A DNA stretch of 64,000 nucleotides, taken from the NCBI GenBank assembly GCA_944392105.1, contig CALXVM010000008.1:2148-66147 (forward strand), in the 5' to 3' direction. The stretch comes from an uncultured Clostridia bacterium (GTDB lineage: Bacteria > Bacillota > Clostridia > TANB77 > CAG-508). The notes beneath the pieces are model-generated. The model did no database searches. It was not told the DNA's origin and saw only the letters and a list, made by a program, of their open reading frames with translations. Below, in pieces: positions 37,116-46,763 of this stretch. Numbering within the stretch: the first letter of the stretch is position 1; each line of letters opens with the position of its first letter. Made by a program: the position numbers and the translations under genes.

Positions 37116-38945
37116 AACCAGCACTCTTAACGCATTTAATATTGCTAAAACAGATACACCAACATCTGCAAAAACAGCTTGCCACATGTTAGATAAACCA
37201 ATTGCACTTAATATAAGTACTAGTATTTTTACTACAATTGCAAATATAATATTTTGTTTTACAATTTTTAATGTTTTTTTAGAAATTTTTATTGCATCTA
37301 CTACTTTTGAAGGTTCGTCTGTCATTAGTACTACATCTGCCGCTTCAATAGCAGCATCACTGCCAAGTCCTCCCATTGCAATTCCAATATCTGAAATTGC
37401 TAATACAGGAGCATCGTTAATTCCATCTCCAACAAAAGCAAGTTTTCCTTTCTCCGATTTACTTTTCATTAATTCTTCTACTTTTTCTACTTTGTCATTA
37501 GGTAATAACTCTGTATAAACTTCGTCTAAGCCTAATTCTTTTGCTACACTTTCTCCTACAGCTTTCTTATCTCCTGTTAACATTACTATTTTCTTTACAT
37601 TGTTTTTCTTTAACTTTTCAATTGCTTTTTTAGCATCTGCTTTTATTTTATCAGATATTATAATAGTTCCTTTAAATTGATTATTTATAGCTACATATAA
37701 TATTGTTCCTATTTCATTACATTTTATGTATTCAATATTTTTTTCTTGCATTAGTTTTTCGTTTCCTACAAAAACTTCTTTTCCGTCAACTACTGCATTT
37801 ACTCCTAAACCTGATAACTCATGCGTTTCTGATATTTTTTTATTGTCTATATCTTTTCCATATGCTTTTTTTAAAGAATTTGCTATTGGATGATTTGAAA
37901 AGCTTTCGGCATATGCAGCGTATTTAATTAAGTCTTCTTTTGTTATATCTACAGAGTTTACTTTTTTTACTTCAAATACACCTTCTGTTAATGTTCCTGT
38001 TTTGTCAAATACTACTACTTCTGTTTTAGATAAAGCTTCCAAATAATTGCTTCCTTTAACTAATACTCCTAATTTAGATGCCCCACCAATGCCTCCGAAA
38101 AATCCTAATGGTATTGATATAACAAGTGCACAAGGACATGATACTACTAAAAATGTCAATGCTCTATATAGCCATTGTATAAATTCCGTTTCTTTAAATA
38201 TTATTGGTGGAATTATTGCAAGTAATACTGCTATCACAACAACTATTGGTGTATAGTACTTTGCAAATTTACTAATAAAGTTTTCTGACTTAGACTTTTT
38301 ACTACTTGCATTTTCTACTAAATCTAATATTTTGCTAACAGTAGACTCTCCGAAACTCTTTGTTACTTTAATCTCTATTAAACCATTTTGATTTATACTT
38401 CCACTTAATACTTCGTCTCCAATGTTTACTTCTCTTGGAACAGATTCACCCGTTAATGCAGAAGTGTCAAGCATAGAATTTCCGTCTACTATGGTTCCAT
38501 CTAGTGGTACTTTCTCTCCAGGTTTTACTATTATTATATCTCCTATACTTATTTTATCTGGACTTACTTTCTCTATACTGCCATTTTTCTTTATATTTGC
38601 AAAATCTGGTCTAATATCCATAAGGCTAGCTATTGATTTTCTAGATTTATCTACAGCATAGCTTTGGAACATTTCTCCCACTTGGTAAAATAGCATAACT
38701 GCAACTGCTTCTGGATATTCTCCAATTGCGAAAGCACCTATTGTAGCAATTGTCATAAGAAAATTCTCGTCAAAAACTTCTCCTTTAAATATATTCTTTA
38801 TTGCTTCTATAAGTACATCTAATCCCACTATTAAATAACTAATAATATATATTCCAATATTAATCCAAGCATTTTCAAAAGGAATAATTAAAGATATTAA
38901 AAATAATATTAATGCAATTACAACTTTTATTACTTCCTTTTTCAT
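37107..38945 (-). CDS. Heavy-metal translocating P1B-type ATPase (Cd/Zn/Co class likely)
   Basis: CPC motif (VSCPCALVISIP), DKTGTLT, GDGINDAP. No N-terminal HMA domain. It is paired with an ArsR-family gene. Confidence 0.9.
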   Translation of the reverse strand: MKKEVIKVVIALILFLISLIIPFENAWINIGIYIISYLIVGLDVLIEAIKNIFKGEVFDENFLMTIATIGAFAIGEYPEAVAVMLFYQVGEMFQSYAVDKSRKSIASLMDIRPDFANIKKNGSIEKVSPDKISIGDIIIVKPGEKVPLDGTIVDGNSMLDTSALTGESVPREVNIGDEVLSGSINQNGLIEIKVTKSFGESTVSKILDLVENASSKKSKSENFISKFAKYYTPIVVVIAVLLAIIPPIIFKETEFIQWLYRALTFLVVSCPCALVISIPLGFFGGIGGASKLGVLVKGSNYLEALSKTEVVVFDKTGTLTEGVFEVKKVNSVDITKEDLIKYAAYAESFSNHPIANSLKKAYGKDIDNKKISETHELSGLGVNAVVDGKEVFVGNEKLMQEKNIEYIKCNEIGTILYVAINNQFKGTIIISDKIKADAKKAIEKLKKNNVKKIVMLTGDKKAVGESVAKELGLDEVYTELLPNDKVEKVEELMKSKSEKGKLAFVGDGINDAPVLAISDIGIAMGGLGSDAAIEAADVVLMTDEPSKVVDAIKISKKTLKIVKQNIIFAIVVKILVLILSAIGLSNMWQAVFADVGVSVLAILNALRVLVGN

Positions 38946-39119
38946 ATAAAACTCTCTTCCTTTCTTTTACAGTTTTTTATAATTCTGTATTACAGTTTTT
39001 ATTTTTCTCTATAGCTAAACATATTATGCTGTTTTCTTTAACATAACTATTGATAATTCCTGTAATACAATTATCAAATTAATATCACATATTTTTATTA
39101 ATTTTCTTCTCATATGTTG

Positions 39120-39491
39120 TTATTTTTTATGTTTGATATGTTCTAAGCCTAGCTCAAATAATTTTTGCACATGGTCGTCATCAAGCATATAATATACTTC
39201 TTTTCCATCTTTTCTACATTTTACAATTCCTGCTCTTCTTAATGTTCCTAATTGATGTGAAATAGATGATTTGCTCATCCCTAGTACATTTGCTATATCA
39301 CATACACACATTTCGTTTTGATCTAATGCAAATAAAATTTTAGCTCTAGTTGTATCTCCTAATAATTTAAAGAAATCTGCTAATTTTAAAAATGTATCAA
39401 AATCTGGAAGTTTTTTTAGTGTTGCATCTACCACCTCTTGATGTATTATATTACAATCGCAAACAAATTCGTTTTTTGACATATATATCAT
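39120..39491 (-). CDS. ArsR/SmtB-family metal-sensing transcriptional repressor
   Basis: EMCVCDIANVLGMSKSSISHQLGTLR (metal-site cysteines plus wHTH). It lies upstream of the ATPase in the same orientation. Confidence 0.88.
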   Translation of the reverse strand: MIYMSKNEFVCDCNIIHQEVVDATLKKLPDFDTFLKLADFFKLLGDTTRAKILFALDQNEMCVCDIANVLGMSKSSISHQLGTLRRAGIVKCRKDGKEVYYMLDDDHVQKLFELGLEHIKHKK

Positions 39492-39756
39492 CCTTTCTTA
39501 ATTTTGCTAATTAAAGGTTGAGTAGTTATTCAACTTTACTATATTATAGTTGAGTGTATATTCAATTGTCAATAGTTTTTTATATTTTTTATTCAAAATT
39601 AAAATTCTAGTTAATTCACATATTATAAGAAATAGAATTTACACTTATAATTGGCATTTAATTAACTCTCAAAATAAAAAAATTTATTTTCTTATAAAAT
39701 ATTGACAATATTATTAAAATAAGTTAAAATTATATATGCGTTTGTATAACGCTTAT

Positions 39757-39834
39757 GGTGGATTTAGCGTAGTTGGTTAACGCGCCAGTTTGTGGCACTG
39801 GAGACCGTGGGTTCGAGTCCCACATTCCACCCCA
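39757..39834 (+). tRNA. tRNA-His (anticodon GUG, with encoded G-1 and CCA)
   Basis: Hand-folded cloverleaf: anticodon stem CCAGT/ACTGG, loop TTGTGGC, T arm GTGGG-TTCGAGT-CCCAC. Confidence 0.85.
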
Positions 39835-39906
39835 TAAAATTTTTATTGCATTTATTATTATTTTGTTGTATAATAATAAAGTAATTTTATAATAATATAT
39901 TTATAT

Positions 39907-39981
39907 TGGGCTGTAGCCAAGCGGTAAGGCACCAGACTTTGACTCTGGCATGCGCTAGTTCGAATCTAGCCAGCCCAACCA
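39907..39981 (+). tRNA. tRNA-Gln (anticodon UUG)
   Basis: TGGGCTGTAGCCAAGCGGTAAGGCACCAGACTTTGACTCTGG...GCTAGTTCGAATCTAGCCAGCCCAACCA. Anticodon loop CTTTGAC. Confidence 0.88.
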
Positions 39982-40333
39982 ACAAAAAAATCGTTCTAAA
40001 TAGCTTGTATCTAAGGATACAGGCTATTTTATTGTTTTTCACAGTTTATATTTTCGAATAATTTTAGATATTTAATTTTCATTAGAATATCAATGTTTTT
40101 CACGTTTTTTCATTTTTCTTAATTTTTAGTTTTCTAAACTACCAACTAAACAAGCAACATCATTTTTCTTCCATAATCAAATTTTGTTTAGTTGATAAAG
40201 CGATTTTTCTAAACAAATTCTTAATTAAGAAAAATGCAAAATTTATATATGCTAGATGTACCAAAGGTTTTCAAAGAATAAATTTGTTTAGTTGGTAGCT
40301 TAAAATTTGTGATAATTTAATAATTTTTAGTAA

Positions 40334-41557
40334 TTATTTTTCATTTTCAAAGTCATTTTTTTTGTTTTTTTCACTTAATAAACTGTTTCCAATTAGATTT
40401 TCATTTAAGTAATATTGATTTACTTTGTCGATTTCTCTTTCTTTATATTTATCAAAAACTGACGTATATGTATTTAATGTAACACTAATGTCTTTATGTC
40501 CCATTAGTCTTTGAACAACGACAGGAGATACACCACTTTCGATACAACGCGTTCCGAAGGTATGTCGTAATGAGTGACTGGAAATATCAGTAACATTAAA
40601 TTCTTTTTTTAAAATTCTTTTTAATTCATTGTTTATGGTAGAACGTCTACAATATTTACTATTATAAGGTTTAAAAAGTAGTTTTTCTTCATTATTTATT
40701 TGAGTATCTGCAATTTGCATTTGTTCTACAATATAAGGAAAGAGAAAATCTGGAATAGGTAATATCCTTTTTCCTGCGTAGGTTTTAGTTTTATTTCCCA
40801 TTATAATATTACCTTTTTCATCTGTTGTTAATGTTCTATGAATATTCATCCTTTTATGCTGCAAGTCAATATCGTGTGTTGTAAGTGCTAATGCTTCACC
40901 AATTCTTAAACCTGTATACATTTGAATTAAAAATACATTTCTATACTTAAATTCATTTATTGGCTTATCAATAAGCCAATTAGTAAACTGCTGTTGTTCT
41001 TCAACTGTTAATGCACGTACGATTTTATCTTCTTTATCACTTTTGGGTCTAATAACATTTGTCATAGGGTTTTGTGTTATATATCCTTTATTTATTGCAG
41101 TACTAAAAGCCTGATTTAATTGTTGATATGCCTTTTCTATCATTGAATTGCTTAGATGTTTTAAAGAATTTAGATATTCTTGTAATTCATCTGATTTTAT
41201 TGTATCAATATTTTTATTTCCAAGTGGTAATTTTTCTAATTGCTTTATTGAGTGCAAAGTACGTCCGTATTGTGCTGGAGAAATTTGATTTGTGTTATAT
41301 TTTAAATTCAAATTTTGTTTTAAAATCTCACATAGTGGTATTCCATTGTGTTCAATATATAATGGATTTTCTTTTTGATACATAATCGTATCTAAATATT
41401 TTTTTGCATCTTCTTCAGTTTTGAAACTTTTTGTTTTTAACTGCAATTTTCCTGTGTGTATGTCATACTCTCTGTATTGTGCGTTCCAACGTTTTCTTTG
41501 TTTATTAAAAAATACATAGCCTTCACTTGTTCCTTTTTCTGCCATATTACACACCAC
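40334..41557 (-). CDS. Tyrosine recombinase / phage-type integrase
   Basis: C-terminal catalytic region TGLRIGEALAL, HSLRHTFGTRCIESG, LMGHKDISVTLNTYTSV (R-H-R-Y set). Confidence 0.9.
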   Translation of the reverse strand: MVCNMAEKGTSEGYVFFNKQRKRWNAQYREYDIHTGKLQLKTKSFKTEEDAKKYLDTIMYQKENPLYIEHNGIPLCEILKQNLNLKYNTNQISPAQYGRTLHSIKQLEKLPLGNKNIDTIKSDELQEYLNSLKHLSNSMIEKAYQQLNQAFSTAINKGYITQNPMTNVIRPKSDKEDKIVRALTVEEQQQFTNWLIDKPINEFKYRNVFLIQMYTGLRIGEALALTTHDIDLQHKRMNIHRTLTTDEKGNIIMGNKTKTYAGKRILPIPDFLFPYIVEQMQIADTQINNEEKLLFKPYNSKYCRRSTINNELKRILKKEFNVTDISSHSLRHTFGTRCIESGVSPVVVQRLMGHKDISVTLNTYTSVFDKYKEREIDKVNQYYLNENLIGNSLLSEKNKKNDFENEK

Positions 41558-41813
41558 CCTTCTTATTCATTTTCCAAAGTAAGTATGCTGCCAAAGTCAC
41601 AACTTTTCTTTTCCCTATTGTTATTGTAGGAAAATCATTTTGTTTAAATAATTCATAGGCTTGATTTATTCCAATATGTAAGTCTTTTGAAACGTCCTGA
41701 ACAGACAATATTATAAATGGGTTTTGTACTTTGTTTAGATAATTCATTACAACTTGTTCTTTTAAACTAGTTGTTTCTTTTGTATAAATTATATTCTCAT
41801 TTATATTATTCAT
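41547..41813 (-). CDS. Excisionase-like HTH DNA-binding protein
   Basis: Small protein just upstream of and overlapping int. ILSVQDVSKDLHIGINQAYELFK resembles HTH_17/Xis-type motifs. Confidence 0.55.
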   Translation of the reverse strand: MNNINENIIYTKETTSLKEQVVMNYLNKVQNPFIILSVQDVSKDLHIGINQAYELFKQNDFPTITIGKRKVVTLAAYLLWKMNKKGGV

Positions 41814-42382
41814 TTTTTGTCGCCACCTTTCAATAATTTAATTAGTGCTAACTCTATTGTAGTAAGAGAGTTTATAACAGTATTTTCATAATTAATTAAC
41901 TTACTGCCACTATCTCTTTCAAAATCTCTCTCGTAAAATTCCATAAAATTTCTAACACTATTTTTTTTCGTTGGTTTTGTATTATTAGAAACGCTACTTT
42001 TATTCATTAAATCTTGAGTGTACCATATAATATCTTCTTGTGATAGTCCTTTAAATTCTCGCAAATTTCTGTCTATATCTACTAAAATTAAATCTCCATA
42101 AATACTATAAAAAGTTAGTACAATATTTGATTTTGTATGTGATATTGATTTTTTGTTATTACAGATTATATAAAGTTTCTCATATGGGATAATGTCAAGA
42201 TTTTTTTCAACAATAGCTTTTTTTAGTTTTTGCATGTTATCTATAATTTTTATTTCAGGTGTTTGTCCAGCTTTCTTGTATAATACTCGAATAGGAGTAG
42301 TATTTTTTGATTTTGCAATAATAGTATTATCTTTTGAACTTTTTAATTTTTGCTTTTTAGTTGTAATATTTTTATTTCTCAT
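41810..42382 (-). CDS. Hypothetical protein (element-encoded)
   Basis: ORF coupled to its neighbours by 4-nt overlaps. I recognise no motif. Confidence 0.5.
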   Translation of the reverse strand: MRNKNITTKKQKLKSSKDNTIIAKSKNTTPIRVLYKKAGQTPEIKIIDNMQKLKKAIVEKNLDIIPYEKLYIICNNKKSISHTKSNIVLTFYSIYGDLILVDIDRNLREFKGLSQEDIIWYTQDLMNKSSVSNNTKPTKKNSVRNFMEFYERDFERDSGSKLINYENTVINSLTTIELALIKLLKGGDKK

Positions 42383-42753
42383 TTGTTACCACCACCGTTC
42401 CTTAATTTCTTTGCTTTATATAATGTTTTTAAATTATTTTTAAAATGCGTTATTCCTTTATTTCTTAAAGAAACAACTTCTTTCTTTTGTAGTTTTAATC
42501 TTCTACAAATATCGTTTAATCTAACATTTTCAATATATGATAGATATAACACTTTTCTTTCAAGCAATGGAACTATTTTCATAGCAGCATAATAAGTTTC
42601 ATTTGCAAAGATATTTTCTAAATGGTTAATATCTACGTCAATATTGTTTGCATTTTCCATTTGTGCTTGATAATAACTATTTGTAAGTATTTCCTTAATT
42701 TCTTCATTAGGTAGTAAAATGTCTTTTGCGTTATTAGAATTAGTTTTTTTCAT
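42379..42753 (-). CDS. Sigma-70 region-4-type small regulator
   Basis: LERKVLYLSYIENVRLNDICRRLKLQKKEVVSLRNKGITHFKNNL resembles sigma-70 region 4, as seen in regulators of integrative elements. Confidence 0.6.
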   Translation of the reverse strand: MKKTNSNNAKDILLPNEEIKEILTNSYYQAQMENANNIDVDINHLENIFANETYYAAMKIVPLLERKVLYLSYIENVRLNDICRRLKLQKKEVVSLRNKGITHFKNNLKTLYKAKKLRNGGGNK

Positions 42754-43065
42754 ATTTCTCCTTTTACTCCATGGAGATTTATTTTAATTTTCCTAGGTTG
42801 ATTATATGTTAACATAATTAAAAACAAGAAACAAAAAATTAGAAAGGTGCGTGTTGTGCACCTTTCCAAAGTAAAGCTATAACTTATAAGTATAAAACAT
42901 AATAAAAAGTGCATACCATGCACCAAACATTGCCTTGTTTTTTCACTTTTGTTATAAAAAAAGTGAAAAATAGTGATAAGTCATAATTTTGGTGATTTTT
43001 ACGCACCAAAAAATACACCTTCAAAATGAAAGTGTATTTTTTGGTTTTGTATAGTTTATGTTGTT

Positions 43066-43795
43066 TTATTCATTTACAGATATAACATAATCTTTAACAT
43101 TACTTGTTTTTATATCCCAATATTTTATATTTAGCATATCTTGTATATCATAATTATTAATACGTAATTCTTCAAATAGACTACATAGTCTTTCTTTTGA
43201 AGTAATTAGCTTATCTGTTAATATACATTTTCTTGCAGTTGGTTTATGCGTATTATTTGATATTCCTAAAAATAGACCATAATATAGGTTATTTACTTTT
43301 GAGTGTAAATCAATTTCTATTTGAAATTTGTCTAAACCGTGGGTTATTAATAGCATTTGTTAAGCAGATAAAGGCTGTGTTATAGTTACTTTCCATTACT
43401 CCAGTATATTCTTGTTTATATTTATTATTTGTTAGCCCGTTTTTCATTAATACATAGTTAGAATATTTATTTTGCGTAACTTCTAAACTTGAAATTACTA
43501 TTCCATTTTTACTTATATAATATAAATAGAGTAAATTCGTATTAAAAGGGTTTTGATACTTAATATTTTCTACATTGTGCATAGACATATCACAAATATC
43601 ATTTAAGTCAATATTTAATGCGTTGCATATTTCTATTGCCGTAAGAAAGTCTATTAATATCTCGTTGTTTTCATATCTTATAATTGTGGATTTGCTTTTT
43701 CCTATTATATTTCCTAGTTCTTCTGTACTTATATTTTTTAATTGTCTATAATATTTTATTTTCTTACCCAAATTTTCCATATTTGTATCATACAT
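43066..43795 (-). pseudogene. XRE-family HTH regulator with C-terminal domain, split by an apparent frameshift
   Basis: ORFs 43310-43795 (HTH: LGKKIKYYRQLKNISTEELGNIIGKSKSTIIRYE) and 43066-43356 overlap in different frames. Together they read as one ~240-aa protein. Confidence 0.55.
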
Positions 43796-44506
43796 GGTAA
43801 ATCCCCCTATAAAAATATTTTATGTAAAAATAAGAAACAGCATGTTTACATAATTATTATAACATATAGGTTGATATAATTCAACACAAATTGAAATATT
43901 TACCAATTTATGATATAATAAAAGTGTACTTAATAGTAGTTATAGTACATTGGGAAATCTGTTTTTGCAGTATTGTATTTTCCCATTGTAGCAAGTTAAA
44001 TCTTGCAAGATTAGAATATTTCAAGAAATATTCCCTAGCAAGAAACTTGCTAGGGAATTTATAATATTAGCTGTTGCACCTTTTAAAGTGTATTTGTCTA
44101 ATATTGAAAATTGAAAGATTTATAGTCTAAACTATAATGATATTAGTGCAAATACTAAAGAAAGGAGACAACAGCAATGTTAAAACAAAACAAAAAGCGG
44201 AGACGGTTGCGTATAAGCAATAAATATCCGCATTTTCCCAAAACAGAGCTTGATTTTCAGGCTCTGTAATTTTTGTTGACATTTTGTTCCAATTATGGTA
44301 TTATATTTATAGGGAAAATGCTTTGTTTTGTATAGCATAGCTGTACTTCTTAAAGTATTAAGCTACTATCAGTTAATCGGCTGATAGTAGCTTTTTAAAT
44401 ATTACAAATTCGTTGCAAAATTTTACATTTACGTAGATATTAAGTGAACCTATATTGATTATATAAAGGCTAAATGGTATAATTTTTAGCAAAGGGGATT
44501 AAGAAA

Positions 44507-44896
44507 ATGAAAAAAAATATAATTATATGTATTATTATAGCACTAGTGTTTGGAAGTATAGGTTTTATAATTGGATTTAACATTAAAGATAGCTTTTTAC
44601 TAAACAAAAAGGAAAAAGATTTAGTTGGAACATATAGGACACAGGATTGGAATGGACAAGAGGGAATTATAGTTTTAAATAAAGACAAAACTTGCATACA
44701 CCCTTCAGGTTATATGGGGACTTGGTATATAGAAAATGGCAAACTTTATATGGATGTAAATTTTCCAACGATAGCATCTAACAAAGAAAAAACGTCGTAC
44801 TATGAGACTTTTGAAAAAACTGAAAAGAAAAAAATAGAGGTTTTAGTTGTAGAAAAGGGACTAATGTTTTCGTCTAAATTTTTTGAAAAAATATAA
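44507..44896 (+). CDS. Hypothetical membrane-anchored protein
   Basis: RBS AAAGGGGA, N-terminal TM segment, no recognised domain. Confidence 0.5.
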   Translation: MKKNIIICIIIALVFGSIGFIIGFNIKDSFLLNKKEKDLVGTYRTQDWNGQEGIIVLNKDKTCIHPSGYMGTWYIENGKLYMDVNFPTIASNKEKTSYYETFEKTEKKKIEVLVVEKGLMFSSKFFEKI

Positions 44897-45026
44897 CTCT
44901 TTATAAACAACACAGAACACTTGCAAGTTATGAAGTTAATAGTGTATAAATATAGAAAAAATATATATTTAATTATAATATACTTATAATATAAAAAAAT
45001 AAAGCACCTCTTTTCAAAGAGGTGTT

Positions 45027-45278
45027 TTAAAAATCCATTTCTTTTGACAATTCTTCTATTGAATACACTTTATTATTTTTATTGTCTACAAATTGTATAT
45101 CAAAATCACAAACTTTTACAATTTTCATAACAGTTTCAAAAGTAGGATAACTATATCCAGTTTCATAATTAGATATAGTATTATCTGCTAAGTGTAATTC
45201 TTTTCCGACTTGAACCTGCGTCAAGTTTCTTATTTTTCTAATATTCTTTAAAATTAGTCCTATCATAACAATCACCAC
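45027..45278 (-). CDS. XRE-family HTH transcriptional regulator
   Basis: LKNIRKIRNLTQVQVGKELHLADNTISNYETG is a canonical Cro/CI-type HTH. Confidence 0.8.
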   Translation of the reverse strand: MVIVMIGLILKNIRKIRNLTQVQVGKELHLADNTISNYETGYSYPTFETVMKIVKVCDFDIQFVDNKNNKVYSIEELSKEMDF

Positions 45279-45650
45279 ACTTATTATGGCAAAAAACGAT
45301 TATGAAAACATAAAATTTCGATATTCTCGAATTTTTTATTTCCCTTTTATTGATAGATATTGTTATGTTTGATATAATAATTTTAAATATATATTTAAGG
45401 AGGTGCTAACGTTGGATACGGTCGAATTGACCAAAAAAGAACGTACCATACAATTAATAACGTATATTATTTTGTCAATTATAAATATGATATTATCTAT
45501 AAGTATATGCCAATACTTTAATATTGATAATCATATTTTGGGTTATGGACTAACAAGCTATAGTTTGACTTATGAAGCTATTGTATAGTTTGGTCTTACA
45601 CTAATAGACATTGCCATTGTCTATTGGCTATTTGGTAAAAAGTGGTTAAA

Positions 45651-45888
45651 CTAATTTTGATACTCAATAATGTCACTTAGTTTGCACTCTAAAGCATAAC
45701 AAATTTTAGCTAGATTTTCTAAATCAACTCTTATTATTTTGCTTTTATAATATCTGTCAATAACATCATATCTTATGCCAGTTGCAGTTGATAAAGCATT
45801 TCTAGTTATTCCGTTCTTTATCGAGATAGTCTTTTAATTTGATTTTAACTTTGCCAAAGTCTTTAAAATCATTATAACAGTTTCGCAT
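45651..45888 (-). pseudogene. Small XRE-type HTH gene interrupted by a 1-nt frameshift
   Basis: Own translation: ATG 45888 (RBS GGGAGG) gives MRNCYNDFKDFGKVKIKLKDYLDKERNN*. The +1 frame continues KNGITRNALSTATGIRYDVIDRYYKSKIIRVDLENLAKICYALECKLSDIIEYQN*. Restoring one A in GATAAAGAAC joins them. Confidence 0.6.
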
Positions 45889-46087
45889 AAAGTACCTCCC
45901 TTATAATGTATCAGTATATCAATAATTTAATTTTTTGGCATTTAGCATTTTATAGTTTACTTGTTATTAGTATAATTATTTATAAGGAAATATACAAAAT
46001 GTTTTAGATACAAACAGACAAAGGGAATTCACTCTTCCCTTTGTCAATAATATAAATATCCATTTTTCAAGCTCTTTTTATTAGCTC

Positions 46088-46164
46088 TTTATTATTCCTT
46101 TTTATATGAGATAGCCTTCGTAAGCTTAACAAAAATAAAATACCTCCTTTGATTTTCACTTAAA
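46088..46164 (-). repeat. 77-bp direct repeat of the mob-upstream (oriT/promoter-like) block, copy without a downstream gene
   Basis: TTTATTATTCCTTTTTATATGAGATAGCCTTCGTAAGCTTAACAAAAATAAAATACCTCCTTTGATTTTCACT matches 49280-49356 with ~3 mismatches. Confidence 0.8.
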
Positions 46165-46220
46165 TAAAACTTTTTTTAGTTTCTAACATACTAGAACGTC
46201 AAAAGACGTTTCGTATGGTC

Positions 46221-46427
46221 AGGGAAAATTCTTTTCCCTAACAACCCTTTTACGAAAGATAAATAATAAAATTCTTACGAATTTTATTACTTATCTTTCT
46301 ATGCACGATTAATATTTAATTTATTTCGCTAACGCTTCATAAATAAAATATTTTAATCGTGCTATAAAAATATGAGCCAAAGGCTCATATTTTTATAAGC
46401 TTTTGCAAGCCAAAGCTTGCAAAAGCT
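46221..46427. other. Cluster of five consecutive long hairpins (ssDNA-origin / oriT-like region)
   Basis: Stems at 46221-46239 (8 bp), 46254-46299 (21 bp, 1 mismatch), 46304-46361 (imperfect), 46364-46396 (15 bp perfect) and 46398-46427 (13 bp perfect). Confidence 0.6.
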
Positions 46428-46763
46428 ATTGTCTGCCATAATTTATGAAATAATTTTGGTTAATTTTTAATATTTTTTAATAATTTTTCTTAATTTATTT
46501 TAATTTTATATTTTATATTTTCTTAACTTTACAATTGACTTTTAATTAATATATCAATCAAGCCTAAACTGTGTTACTACAGCCTAGGCTTATTACAAGG
46601 TTTTACTATTTTTTAACTTTAAAATAGTGATAAAATTTCCTCCCCTTCAATTAAGTTTTATAATTATATTTTTTTAATTTACTAACAAAAAAATCTATCT
46701 ATTTTTAGTTTATTGCTATTTTTCTAACAAAAGGACATTAGTTTGTTACTAAATGAAATTGTG

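Noticed and set aside
36991-37185. A 64-aa ORF spanning the family-A repeat downstream of the ATPase gene.
   Set aside because: It is read through the repeat (…GTGPNFPNREIGDRS…) and overlaps the ATPase 3' end. It has no RBS.
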